A DNA stretch of 64,000 nucleotides from the human T2T-CHM13v2.0 reference genome, Homo sapiens (GCF_009914755.1 NC_060926.1); one strand, 5' to 3'. Positions 15,820 through 31,766 are shown, counted from the first letter of the stretch. Numbers and translations: made by a program. Notes: generated from the letters alone by a model not told the origin.

Positions 15820-16200
15820 TTACTAACAGTTTTTTGGAGTATTTACTATGCTAAGCTCTTGCATGCATTATTTCATTTCATTCTTACCACAATCCTGTGA
15901 GGTAAGCACTATCATAGCTCATCAAATCTAAGATGCCTTTGGTTTAAAATATTATGCACCACTAAGAAAAAATGCTGCCAATGGAAACTGTAAGATGCCA
16001 CCAATTGTAATACAGCCCCAGTGTCAATGATACCAAAAGAAACATGCATCTTACAATCCATGAATACAACAGCATTATCACTGTTTTACATCTGAAGAAA
16101 CTGAGACATAGAGAATTCAATAATTGCCAGAGATCATGCAGCAAATAGGAGCAGAGCTGGGATCTGAGTCCTGGTCTGACTAGATAGGTCTTGTGTTTGT
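15820..16200. mobile_element. MIR split by MER104
   Basis: MIR motifs either side: catttcattcttaccacaatcctgtgaggtaagcactat and ttttacatctgaagaaactgagacatagag. Confidence 0.7.
15912..16068. mobile_element. MER104 (TcMar-Tc2) non-autonomous DNA transposon
   Basis: tcatcaaatctaagatgcc...atgcaccactaagaaaaaatgctgccaat...tgtaagatgcc...catcttacaatccatgaatac, with inverted ends. Confidence 0.75.
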
Positions 16201-16399
16201 AACTGTTGCATTTGTGCTTTCATAAGTGCTTTCATTAAGCGATATGGAGGTATTTAGAAATGAAACTTTACCAGATGTTTTATCTATACTTGACCTATTA
16301 AAATCAAGTTGGAATTGCCTTTTCTAAAATTACGCATAATCAGAAATTATAATTGAAGCTCACTTAAGTGGAGTCAAGAACTTGGGGCCAAACATACTA

Positions 16400-16900
16400 T
16401 TACAAAAATAGAAAAAGGACATGAAGAGACATTTCACAAAAGGGTAGAGTATTTACTGTTGATAAAGATAAAAATGAATGCAGATACTCACTATTAGTAA
16501 GGACTTGGGAAATCAATACTCTCTAAATTTGTTTAAGGAACCTCTAAAATTGAGGCAACATAAGTTGATATATTTCCAAAGTGCAGAATTGCATTATGCG
16601 TCAAAATGTGCTTACTTTTGACCTCGGCATTTCACAACTCAGAATATATCCTAAGGTTATGGTCAAACAAGTGCATCTGATGAATGTGCAGAGATGTTCA
16701 CTTAAGTGTTTTTATTATCATGAAACATTTGAAACAACCTAAATTTTCAACAGTAAAAAACTGGGCAAATAAATGTTGGTATTTTCATTCAATGAAAATT
16801 AAGCTAGTATGGAAAACAATTGTCTAGACCCATATTTACTGACATGGAAAAATGTCCATTTTTTTAAATAAAGCACCTTATAGACAATATAGATTTGCTT
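16400..16900 (+). mobile_element. Old L1ME 3' fragment
   Basis: aaggacatgaagagacatttcac...tttgacctc.gcatttcac...aaacaacctaaat...actgacatggaaaaatgtcca. Confidence 0.65.
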
Positions 16901-19199
16901 AATGAAGAACTGCCCTGAGATAATATCCATTAATGTTTATTATTCTCAAAAATCAGAAACAAAAAGGGTAATGAGAATATGTCAGTATTTTTATGCTATC
17001 AAGGAGACAGGGATACTCATATTTTTATCCTGGACTCTGGAATTAGTTGCTTCCCTCTCTGATGTCTTCATCTGTAAAATGAGAGTTAAAAAATAGAAAG
17101 ATTGAAATCTTTCCAGTTTTAGATTTTAAATGCACGTTCACTAAAGTGCAGAATTAAATATGATATGAGAATGTGTTGGATCCTGTCCAAAGTATGCTGG
17201 TTAACAGAGAACCAACATGCTAGGGTGTGATCAGTCTGGGACGGTGCTGAGCACTGAGCTGTGAAAGTGTTCTATATGGAACAGACTTTGCGATTCTGTT
17301 CTCAGGACACTGTCTAGTAGATAAAATGAGACCAGCAGTGAGACAGTGGGAATTCTTGCTGATGATTGTTTTATGCCATGTAAGTGCAAAACAACAACTT
17401 TAACTGCACCAGGATTCAGAATGTGACAAGGTTTTAGGATCTATCAAAATTCTACTGAAACATGTGGCTATGACTAAAACAAATAAGATGCTTCTAAGAA
17501 CAGATTGTGACTTGTCTATCAGCCCCTTTGAAAACAATGTGCATGCTATTTATTAGGGATTGTAATTACCTCATGGAGTAATGGCATTTGCACAGTTTTT
17601 GTCTGCCTCGATAAAAACCCTTGGCTGTGTCTGCTAACTTGGTGAAAAATCGCAGCAACAGAGGCAGCCCAAGGATCTTAAATCATCCTGTGCATACTCT
17701 CATTTTGTTTTTCTGCTGTGGCTTTTACCCACTAGAGGGGATAGTGCATTGTCTCCAGGGAATTAGAGACTGTCATATATGCCTTATAGAATACAAAGGA
17801 GCTTAAGTAATATACACACATATAAAGTTACATGTACAGTAATTGACATTAGGTGCTCCATTAAACAATGAAATGCCACAGTGTACCAGTTCTTCAGGAC
17901 ATGTTGCCATGGATACCCAGTGTGATGGAGATAGGGAAAGAGTTGCTTAGGAATTCAACGATTTCATTTTGAGGTGGAGTGAAAAATAAACTGCCCAGAG
18001 ATAGGAACCATGAAACCAGTCATATATACAAGTAGTTGTTTTTGAAATTGTCAAATGAAAACATGTTTGAAAATGAGTACCAATTAATAACAGTTATTTT
18101 ATATTGTCTGTAAGCCAAAGGGCTAGGCAGGGTTCTTTATTTCAGCTAGGAAATTATGTGGTATATTAGATATTTGCAGAAGAAAGTATTTTAATCAAAG
18201 CTGAATAAAATTCAGAAAATCATGTGTAGAAATATAGAAAGATGGCAGTGGAATGGTAGGAGGCAAGTTCTCTAAGGGTCTGCTCAGGTGCACTCAGTGT
18301 TGTGAACCTCAGGTTGCCTTGGGGTTGATGACAAAGCAAAGATTTCAGAAAGGAGCAAGTTTTAAGAATAAATGTGATGTGATAGAAGCAGAGGCAAGGT
18401 TGGCAGCTAACTGGTTTGGTGTGATTTCATGGTTTGCAACCAGGACTGAGTGTCTGATTCTTTGATTTTCTAGAGACATTCCTAATTTCATCCCTAACTC
18501 TCCCCAGATAAATTCTCATCTCTTATCAAAAACAAGGTCCCTGGAATGGAAAGTCAGGGAACTCCCTGAGGAAATGAGTGTTTAGCTGTATTCTCAGTCA
18601 TGTAGGTTTTGTTGATCATAGATATTTTTGAATTGATGCTTTCTTGTCCCCATCTCTCCTTCCCTTAATTCAAGTCATACTTATCACTCCTTTCAGCCTC
18701 TGGTTATTCCCCCTTTCTGATTCATCTGTCGTATGGACCTCAAATTTAAAAAGAAGAAAAAACAGATCAGATCATGTCATTTCTGCACAAAAATGGAGAA
18801 ACTTTTGTTGGTTCTCCATTACCTATAGAAAACTTCTAATCCTTAATATGGCATTTAGTCCCTTTACAAAAGTCACCCTCAACAAAGCTTTCGTCTTCTC
18901 CTCCGGCTGACTCCCCACCCCTTGCACCCCATGTAGGCTGTGTATCAGCTTTAAGAGAGGGAAGAATCCTCTCCGAATGAGCAGTGTGCTTTTTCGGACT
19001 CCAGCTGAAATGCATTTCTACCCCTTCCCTGCCCCTCAGGCGCTTCTTGTCATTAAAACACCCTTCCTTCAAAGCCCTAGCCCCTCCTTGCCTCCACCCA
19101 GGAGAGTTAAAGTTTTTCTCTGTTTTCCACCTCTGCCAAGCATTTGTCTTCAGTTGCTTTTTGTAAGCTTTTCCCCTCCCCTGTCAGATATGTAGCGTG

Positions 19200-19540
19200 G
19201 TGTTAAAGGGATGGGTTCAGTATAGTGTAGTGACTAGGAGTGCAGGCTCAGAAGTGGTTGTTGAATTTGAATCCATCTCAGCTGTACCACTTGTTAGCTT
19301 TGTGACCCAGGGCCCATTACACAACCACTAAATCTCTTTCTTCATCTGCAAAATGAAGTTAACCTTGGTAGCTTGTTAAGGGAATTAAAAGAGAACACAC
19401 AAGAAGTGTTTAGCACAGTGCCTAGCACATAGTATTAAATAAATGTTAGAAATGTATCCTGAGCGTTTCTCTTTTCCACTTCCATGCCCTCAACAGTACT
19501 TTACATACAGTAGGTACTCAAAAGTATTTATTGATTTAAA
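19200..19540. mobile_element. MIR followed by L2 3' end
   Basis: ccacttgttagctttgtgacc...tcttcatctgcaaaatg...tagcacagtgcctagcacatag; then acagtaggtactcaaaagtatttattga. Confidence 0.7.
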
Positions 19541-20149
19541 AATGTGGCTCACTCCTACACAGTCCTTCAATGTTTCTCTACTTAAGTTGGTGATAGAGAT
19601 ATATAAAATTTAGGGAGTCATCTTTCTAAATAGTTTCCTAAATTTTACATATTTTAAAATGGGAAGTATGGTGAAGAATGTGTATTTTTATTTAATTCCA
19701 AAATTTTAGAAGATAGTTTAGTAGCAAAGCAATGTAAACATCTGAGTCCTTTACCTAAAGAAGCTTGTATCAGTGTTTTTATCCATGGTGATAAAAAGTG
19801 TATAAGATCTGAAAGCAGATTGGGTAACACGTAGAGACGATGCACAGTTTGGAAACTACAGTTTCCAAATTAACACTAAGTTCTTGGAAGAAGCTTTCTC
19901 ACAATAACTGTAACTGAAAGGACCCAGTGAAATGAGAGTAGATGCCAGAGTTTGATTTAGAGAGTGAGAGTCATTCAGGGACTGTGGCATCTGTCATACA
20001 TTAGAATTTTAAATACAACCATAAATTAAGAGATAGTTGAGAGCATACCTTCAGAGAGTTAAAGAGCATACCTTCAGAGAATATGAAGGTATGCTGTATA
20101 ACATTATAGTATGTTTAAGTTGAACAGGAACTCACAAGACCAACCTTTC

Positions 20150-20631
<482 letters not shown>

Positions 20632-20736
20632 TCAGTATGGGATTATTTTCTACATCATCTGGTAATCTGCATATTTTAAATACCTCTGGTGGTAGGAATC
20701 TTATATTAAGACACCCTCCTTGTTTTCAATAGCTAT

Positions 20737-20933
20737 CTTTTTTTTTTTTTTTGAGACAGAATCTCGCTCTGTCCTCCAGACTGGAGTGCCGTGGCGTGAT
20801 TTTGGCTTACTGGCTTACTGCAACCTCCAACTCCCAGGTTCAAGCAGTTCTCCAGCTCACCCTCTCTAGTAGCTAGAACCACAGGCGCATGCCACCACTC
20901 CTGGCTAAATTGTGTGTGTGTGTGTGTGTCTCT

Positions 20934-21005
<72 letters not shown>

Positions 21006-21125
21006 AGAGACGGGGTTTCGCCATGTTGGCCAGGCTGATCTTAAACTCCTGACCTCAAGTGATCCGCCCGTTTTGTCCTCCTCCCAAAGTGCTGGGATTA
21101 CAGGCGTGAGCCACTGCCCCCAGCC
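20737..21125 (-). mobile_element. Diverged AluS/J with compound microsatellite in its middle linker
   Basis: Both arms present. Linker expanded into (TG)n(TA)n(T)n. Confidence 0.92.
20912..21003. repeat. Compound microsatellite (TG)~9-(TA)~16-(T)~33
   Basis: Directly visible. Confidence 0.97.
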
Positions 21126-21419
21126 CATTACTGCTGACTTAGTTGGTCTTAGTTAGAGGTTGCTTTACTTTAACGCTGCCCATTGGTTTTAGTACTGTCC
21201 TCTGGAGCTACATACATTGGAACTGATACTTCCTCCATGTGGCAGCCTTCAGATATTTCCAGGCAGCTATGATGCTCTTTTTACTTTTATTTTATTTAGG
21301 CTACAGAGCCCTTTCCATCCTTATTATGCTTAATATATGCCAGAACTGTGCTGGAAGTTGGAGACCCACAGGGATCTTACAGTCAAACTGGGAGAAAGAA
21401 ACTTGTGAATATCTTCAGA

Positions 21420-21620
21420 ACAGAGGAAGTGGTTTAAAGTGTGGATTCGGGCGTCAGACCCATGTTGAAATCCCTAGCTCAGCCACGTGACTAGCTTAGT
21501 CCTCAGGCAAGTTCTTTAACATATTTGTGCCTTAGTCTCCTCATTTCTAAAGTGAGGATAACAGGACCTGCCTCAGGACAATGCTTGGCATATAGTAAGT
21601 GTTCGATACATTTTGGCTAC
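21420..21620. mobile_element. MIR
   Basis: ttgaaatccctagctcagccac...ggcaagttctttaac...cctcatttctaaagtgaggataa...cttggcatatagtaagtgttc. Confidence 0.7.
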
Positions 21621-21919
21621 AAAATATACTAGGGGTTATAATTCTGATAGAAGCAAAGAGGATGTATTACTAATTGGATGGCAAAGTTTATCTGGTCCTG
21701 AAATAAAAATATTGAAAAAAAGTTTCCGTATACAAATTAGGCGATTTGTAAACACTTTTACAAGTACATAAAGAGCATTTAATTCTTGTAGAGTTAAATA
21801 ATTTTATTCAATGTCCTATTCAATACTTCCATTAATAATTTAGGTAGCATCTGATTCACTCTGAGTTCCTGTAACAGTCGGAAGAGTAATTGACATGTTA
21901 AAAGGTGCAATAAGAATAA

Positions 21920-22170
21920 GAACCTGAAAAGATTTCAACAGATTAGAGCAGTGGGTTAACAGACGGAAATGAAAGTCCTGCATGGAGACTCTGGAAAGCT
22001 AAGGATTGATAGAGGATGAGGAAGATGTGGCTTAACAGAAGGACATTTTATATTTGGGGCTTATTATGAGTTAAAATGTGATATATTTGCCAGAAAAGTT
22101 AATGTGATTTTCAAACTGTGATGGGAAGATTTTAGAATCCTGAATGAAGGAGATCATACCCTATTCTTCT
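21920..22170 (+). mobile_element. Probable L3/CR1 LINE relic
   Basis: aagatttcaacagattagagcagtggg...tgtgatatatttgccagaaaagttaatgtgat resembles CR1/L3 RT C-terminal sequence. Confidence 0.45.
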
Positions 22171-24522
22171 GTGTTTAAAGTTTTAGATCTTTTCCTCCTT
22201 TGCTGTTTGGGAAATCAGCCAGCCTCTCTGGGACTAGGTTTCTGCACTTATAAAATGGGGATAATTTCTGCCCAGTTATATTTCTCTGAATTGTAAATGT
22301 CAAATATAATGAATGCAGGAGATATCATTATCACTCTAGACAATTTTATCACATTTTTTCATATGCTTCAAAACCCTTTTCCTTGATATGAGTGACAACT
22401 TAGTATCACCAGTTTTTATTAACCATGTATAATTTTAATTAACTGAATTTAAATTAACTAAAATCTTAGGGATTGTAACATATAGATTATTAGACTTGCT
22501 TTAAACACTCAGTAGAAATGTGAGCATCTAAGTGGTTGGTAAATAGTGAATTATTTTTCACTGCTTTTTAGTTTAGATATTCATTGACAAACCTGTGTGC
22601 TACACTGACCAAGGTGTTGTAGAATAAGTTGTACTGAATACCTTAACAACATCAATGCTAAAATTAGCTGTAACAAAAGCAGCATGTGCCACCTTGTTGA
22701 ATAGCCTGTGTTCCACTTTTAGGGAAAAAGGATACCCCAGGAATATAGGGAAAGAATAGAGTGGCAGTTTCTTTTTACAGCATTTGCTGATGGCACGGAG
22801 GAATGTGATTTTTGGGGTGTGGGGCTCCTTTTTCCTGTTCGTTCATGTTTCTTTCCCTCTTTTTGACTTAGTCACTGTCATAACAGAAAATGCATAATAT
22901 GGAGATCAAGAGCCTGCAGATTACAACTCTAATTATGTTTTAAACCCAAACATGAAAATTAGAATTCTTTTACACACAATCTGACAGTTTTCCATCAGCT
23001 TTAAATTGGCATTTTGGATTGTGTTCTCTGCAGTGCCTGAAGAGCCTCGACAGAGAAGGAAAGAAGCAGAGGGTGAGAAAGAAAGGAAGATTCTAAATGA
23101 CAATCTTTTGAATAGTGCAAGTTCAATCCCTAAAACAAAAAGCAAGATCTTTTTTCCCCTAAATAATGTGCTCTCCGGCTTCACCTCTCATCCTGAGGAA
23201 CATGAAAGAGAACGTAAAAGAGGTGACCCAAATCACAGAGTGCCTTTGATAGGAGAAATTCAGCTGTTTTGAACACTCACAATCAAAGGAAGTGGTTTCC
23301 CTAATTACATGAACTATGTGAAATCTCTCAGAATAGCTCTTCCACCCCAGGATTCCTTGCACTTTAGAAGTTTGCATAAAAGCTCACATAGAGAATCAGA
23401 TGCAAAGTGTTTGATTCAGATTTTATTAGGCAGAAGAGTGCCCACATCCATCCTGCAGTTTGCCAGCTGCTTAGGTTAGGACCACTATACCTGGTTTTGA
23501 TGTGGTTGTCTTTCAAACCTGCAACATTAAGATCTTTGTTCTATCCTTTTCTTGCAAGAAGCACCACTTTTTAGGGAGAGTAGCGATGAAAATTTTTGGA
23601 AGATTGGTCTTCTCAATTTCTCTCCTGACCTAAAAAGGATTGATGGCTGTGTTTGTGAACTTTACGTGGGAAAACATGCTTTCCTGTGTGTTTGTAGCTG
23701 GCGAGTGTTAAAGCGTTAGATTTGATTAAGCTCTTCAATCTGTTTAAAAATGGTTAAATGTCACAATGACTTACCTTAAAATTTATATATGCAAAATTCC
23801 CCATTTACTGTCAGGATCTAGACTAGGAATCTGCCAAAACACCTGGACTAAAGAATAATAGTGATTATGGCTTATTAGATCTTTTGTGCCTTGGTAGTCA
23901 CCTTGTTACTGAGAGATACGGTGTAGTGTAGATGTGTACAGAAGAGAATTATAAATACCCTATGTTCTCTGTTTGGGAAGGCAAGTATAAGTATGAATGC
24001 AGAAGACAGAAGCATCCATTTTAATTTAAATGTCAGCTTGAGAAGATTTTTTTTTTTCTGGTTGAGTAATTTTAAAGTAAGAGAAATTGTCTAGTATGTA
24101 ATTACATATGAGTAAGAAGTGTGCATGTTTTATTTTGTCTCTTTTCTCTCCCTCTCTTTTTTTCCTTTTTCCTGTGAATAGGTATGTTGCTCTTATTGTA
24201 GTTTATAAAATATTCTTTTGAGAATCTGTGTGTCCCAAAAAAGAAAAGGGAATCTATGAGCAGAAATGGAAGGAAATTTTATTTTTACAGTTTTTAAAGT
24301 ACTGGCTTTAATTGTAACCCACATAAAATTTCCTAATACTAGTGCTGTTGACACGTGGGCATCAACATTTAAGTAACAGAAAGTAAAAGTGATCCTCAAC
24401 CATACAAGCCACAAAAATCTACTTGAACAATTACCTAGCAATTTCTTTCTACTTTAGCCATCCTCATTTATTCCAGGTAAGTAGCTTATTTGAAAAGACA
24501 CGTAGATTAATAAATATTTGTG

Positions 24523-24857
<335 letters not shown>

Positions 24858-25789
24858 TGAAAGTGTCCATGATTATGAAATATGCACTTTTTCTATTTTG
24901 TGTGTTTTGAACTCCTAATTATGGATGTGTTAAGGTTTGGATATTTTGTACACAGTCATAGCATTGTAATATGGGGAAGATTTGAAAGATGATGAAGGAT
25001 TGACACTGTAGTGTAGGTTTTTTGCTTAACAGGTGGGTTTTCACATAATTGTGAAAAGTTCTGTTCTCTTAGAAATTGAATACAATACACAAACTGAAAT
25101 TTTAATAGCTATTTTAGTCCAACAGCCCCAAGCCCTCATTTTAACAATCAGTAATTTGAAGTTCAGATAGGTGATGTTCAGTAGCAACAGATTCAGTCCA
25201 AGGGCCCAGGTCTTTGGTTTGCTGGTTTGGAGCTCTTACACCCTGTTAGGTTCCCTCTGTGTCTGTTGCTTTTTAAATGATACTCAACTGCCTACTGGAT
25301 GCTTGTGACAAGAGAGAAGGTTTGATATTCCTGAATGATAGCCACTTATTTGATAACACTTTAACATTAGCACCAAAAGGTCATTTTGTTTTCCTTCTTC
25401 ATCTGGTACTTCTATCAGCTAGGGCCATAGTACCACATGAATTGCTGTTCTAGATCAAGATTGTAGCTAAGTCATTTCAGACACTGCGAATTCTGTATCT
25501 GTTTTTAAAAGTCCACAGGCTGTCTGGAAGTGGGTTCAATCATACTCACCATTCAGAAGTTCTGCTTAATGGCTGGCTTAAGTAACTTTTGTTAACGTTT
25601 GAACTTGGTATCCTCAAATGATAGTATATAATATTACTCAGTGCTTTGCCATTTGTAAAGCACTGTTACTTACATTATTTCCTTGCAAATGATGAAGCAA
25701 GTGTGTATGATTCCCAGAAGCACACTGGAGAAGTACAGTGCTTAATCTGAGGTTTTTCTGGCTTTGGACCCAGTGTGTGCTCTACTCAT

Positions 25790-26000
25790 AATAGAATCTC
25801 AGCTTTGGAAAGGACTTTAATTGACCATATTTCCGATGCCTTAATGTCCTCCGAAACATTACTGCCACAAATGGGCATTTACCTCCTGTTTGAATTCTGA
25901 TTGCTTATGAAGGAGAACTCAGTAGCCTCCTGGGCCAGTCCCTTTTATCTTTGGGAAACTGACTATTAGAAAGTTCTTCTCTGAGTTATTCTGAGTCTAT
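25790..26000. mobile_element. Probable L3/MIR3-like relic
   Basis: atagaatctcagctttggaaaggacttta...gactattagaaagttctt. Confidence 0.4.
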
Positions 26001-26448
26001 ACCATATGCTGTCTAACAGTGCTTGTTTGGACCAAGGATAAAAGGATCAATGTAATGCTGTAATATGATTTTAAAAACAACATTAAAATTATACTCTTCA
26101 GAAAACTCTTACAAAATGACATTTATTAGGTGCCTACTTTCCCCCTGATTGTTATCTTACTTATAAGTAAAATAACTTCATTTATTTTAGCTTTTTAGTT
26201 TTCTGTGAATTTTTAAGTTCTTTTTCTTGCTTGGTGGAATCTCTTCCAAAAATAAAAAATGACCAGTGCTTACTTAAGTAAAGGAACCAATATGGATATA
26301 GTTAGTAAACGAAAAGTAGATTCCTAAATATTTTATTTTACACACTCAGTATCATGTTTCTTTTTAAAGTTTCTATTCATAGCCATTTGTTTACTGTGAC
26401 CCTGCTATACTTACACCCACATATTTCCATGTTATATTTACTTCCTAG

Positions 26449-26869
<421 letters not shown>

Positions 26870-26914
26870 ACAATCCTATACTTTAAAATCATTAGTTTGT
26901 GAGTAACTTTCCAG

Positions 26915-27209
26915 ATTTTTTTTTTGAGATGGAGTTTCACTCTTGTTGTCCAGGCTGGTATGCAGGGGCACAATCTCAGCTCACCGCAACCTCTCTGCCT
27001 CCTGAATTCAAGTGATTCTTCTGCCTCAGCCTCCCAAGTAGCTGGGATTAGAGGCATGCACCACCACACCCGGCTAATTTTGAATTTTTAGTAGAGATGG
27101 GGTTTCTCTATTTTGGTCAGGTTGTTCTCGAACTCCCAACCTCAGGTGATCCACCCGCTTTGGCCTCCCAAAGTGCTGGGATTACAGGTGTGAGCCACTG
27201 CATCCAGCC
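26915..27209 (-). mobile_element. AluSp/Sq-like
   Basis: ggagtttcactcttgttg and ggtcagg...cccaacctcaggtgatcc. Confidence 0.95.
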
Positions 27210-27269
27210 CAGATGTATTTTTTTCTCTGTATTTATAACTATCGCTAATACTATTCCCCCCATAAAAAT

Positions 27270-27560
27270 GGATCATGTGAAGAGGGTGGCATGAGGGAAC
27301 CTTGTGATGAAATTTTCCTGTATCTTGACTGTGGTAGGAATCACTTGAATGTACGTGTATGACAAAATTATGCGGAACTAAACATATACACACACACACA
27401 CGAGTGCATATAAAACTGGTGAAATCTGAATAAAGTTGGTGGATTGTGTAAATGTCGATTTCTATTGGGAGAAACTGGTTGAAAAATATATAGGTTCTCT
27501 CTGTATTATTTCTTATAATTGCATGTGTATCTATAATTATCTCAAAGTAAAAACTTAAAA
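27270..27560 (+). mobile_element. L1MC/L1MD 3' end
   Basis: ctgtatcttgactgtggt...aaaactggtgaaatctgaataa...tctctgtattatttcttataattgcatgtg.atctataattatctcaaa. Confidence 0.8.
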
Positions 27561-28756
27561 AAACTAGATTATGATATTTTATATGTATATATATCATAAA
27601 AAGGTGTCCCAATGTGTAAGTTGTAAATCACCTCGCAACTTACTTTTTGAACTTAGTATACTGAGGCACTTTTTTATGTGACTACACGTAGAGCTACCAC
27701 ATTCCTTTTAATAACTTTTTTATTTTGTATTTAAATAATATTTGTTTACTTCACATTTACTTTTTATACTAAATTATATTCTCGTGTAGTATTATTAGAA
27801 AAACTAGACATGTGAAGTAAAACATATTAGACATGTGAAGTTGTAATTAGCAGACAAAAGACTACAAAGCAGCTTTTATAAACATGTTCAAGAACTTAAA
27901 GGAAACCATGGTTAGAATGAGAGAGCAGAATCAGTAATTCAGCAGGAAGATGGAAACTAAAAATTCTAGAACTGTAAAACTACAGTCTCTTTAAATGTAA
28001 ATTGTACTGATGGGGCTTAACAGCAGATTGAGGAAGGCAAAAGAAAAGGTCAGTATATGTGAAGACAGATTAATATAATTTATCAAATCTCAAGACCAAA
28101 CAAAAAAAATTTTAAAAATTGAGCAGTTACACATGAGACAATGTCAATCTAATATACATTAATGGAATCACAGAAAGAAAGGAGAGAGAGAGAGGGGATG
28201 GATAGAAAAATATGTGAAGAAATGATGACTTCAAGTGCCCCAACTTTGATGAAAACCATACACTTACAGTTCCAGCAAGCTCAGAAAACCCCAAGCAGGA
28301 TAAATTAAAAATGAAAACCAGAAACACCACACTCAGTCACATCATAGTTAAACTGCTAAAAATCATTGATGAAAAGAGAAATGTCAAAAACAGCCAGAAA
28401 AAAAAGACACATTACATAAAGGAAGCAATACCAGTTACTTCTCACTAGAAACAATGGAGGCCAAATGACAGTGGAATGACCTGTAATATGCCAAAAGAAA
28501 AAAGATAACTGCCATTTTAGAGATCAATACCCACTTAAAATAGTCTTCAAAACTGAAGATGAAATAGACATTTTTAGATAAATGAAAGCTGAGATAATTT
28601 ATTGCCAGCAGATTTAGTTATGGTTAATATTAGGGTAAATACAAATGATCATTTTAAAAATTCTTTTAATTTCTTCAAAAGACAACAGCTAAAAGGAAAG
28701 TTGCAGTGTTATATTATGGGTTGTATAATGTATGTACGTTAAAATATATAACACAT

Positions 28757-29168
<412 letters not shown>

Positions 29169-29404
29169 TTAGAGCAACCACTACCTACCCCCACAAAAAA
29201 ACAAAACAAAAGAGGTATAGCTAAAAAGCCAATGAATGAATGAAAATGATATACTAAGAAAAAAATTGTTAAAACAAAGACAGGAAAGGAAAAACAGGGG
29301 AACAAAAAACAAATAGAACGAATTTTTAAAAACCAAGATAGTAAACTTAAGCCCAGTAATATACATAATTACATTAAGTATAAATGAATTAAGCACCCCA
29401 ATTA

Positions 29405-29641
<237 letters not shown>

Positions 29642-30579
29642 CTATCTACAAGAGGTGTATTTTAAATATAAGACACAGATCTGTTGAAAGTAAAAACATG
29701 AAATGGGAAAAGAGGGGTATGCAAATAGAAAGCATAATAAAGGTGTAGTGGCTCTATTAATATCAGACACAGTATGGACTTCAGGAACCAAAAGTATTAC
29801 TAAAGATAAAATGATTTAATAATGATGATTTAAAAAGTCAGTTTCTTAAAAGATATAACAATCATAAATGAATATTTATCCTAATAACAGAGCTTCAAAA
29901 TACATGAAGCAAAACTGATAGAACTAGAAAAAGAAATAGACAAATTCACAATTACATTTGTAAATTTTAAATATCCCCCCCTAAGCAACTGAGACATTAT
30001 ACTTAACAACTACAAAATATACATTATCTTCAGGTGCACATGGAGTGTTCTCCAGGATAGATCATAAAATAAGTTTTTATAATTTTCAGTCTTTTAAAGG
30101 GATCTGCCAAAAAACCTACACCTAACATTTTAACTCAACGGGGAAATATTGAATGTTTTTCTCCCTAAGATTAGGAGTAAGACAAGGATATCTGCTCTCA
30201 TGATTTCTGTTCACTGTTCTGTAGAGATCCTGGTCAGTGCAGTAAGACAAGAGAAAGAAACAAAAGGCATTAAGATTGGAGAGGAAGAAGTAAAACTGTC
30301 TTTATTTGCAGATTAAATGATTGTTTACATAAAAAATTTTTTAAAAATCTACAAAACAAATACTAGGACTGATCAATTTATTTAACAAAGTTACAGGAAA
30401 CAAGTTTATTATATTTCTATATACTAGCAGCAAAGATTTTAAAGACAATGTAAAAAAAAATTATTTACATTAGCATTAAACACAAAAAATACATTGAAAT
30501 AAATTCATCAAAAGACATACAAAACCTCTATGCTGGAAACTACAAGACATTTCTGAGAGAAACTTTAAAAGACCTAAAT

Positions 30580-31260
<681 letters not shown>

Positions 31261-31766
31261 ACCTAAATAAGTGGAGAGACATGCGTTTTCCATAAGTCCA
31301 GTTGTAAGACTCAGTATTAAAATGTTACTTTCCTCCAAAAATTGATTTGTAGAAAAATCAAATTGGAGGATTCACATTACCTGATTTCAAGACTTAATCC
31401 AAAGCTCTGGTAATTAAAACAGTATAGTATTGGTATAAAGACAAAAATATAGATGCAACAGAATTTCATATTTAGACCCAGACATATTATAATCCATTGA
31501 GTTTTAACAAACATGCCAATGTAATTAAATGCAGAAAAGAAAAATCTTTTTAATAAATAGTGCTGGAGGAGTAGGATATGCATATGAAAAAAAGGGAACC
31601 TTGACTTCTTTATACCAAATGCAAAAATTAATTCAAGATCCAGGGTAAACCTAAATGTAAAAGCGAAAACTATAGTACTTCTATAAGAAAGCAAAGGTAA
31701 TCTCTTGTGACCTTTGATAGCCAGATATTCCTTAGACAAACCATAACAGGTACTAAAAATAAAATT

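Noticed and set aside
27142-27612. 156-aa ORF, the longest in the track (also 31377-31787)
   Set aside because: Antisense reading of L1 and Alu sequence; no recognisable domain or splice context.
27805-27841. 14-bp direct repeat tagacatgtgaagt at the L1 5' junction
   Set aside because: Small local duplication with a 9-bp spacer; it does not flank the L1, so it is not its TSD.
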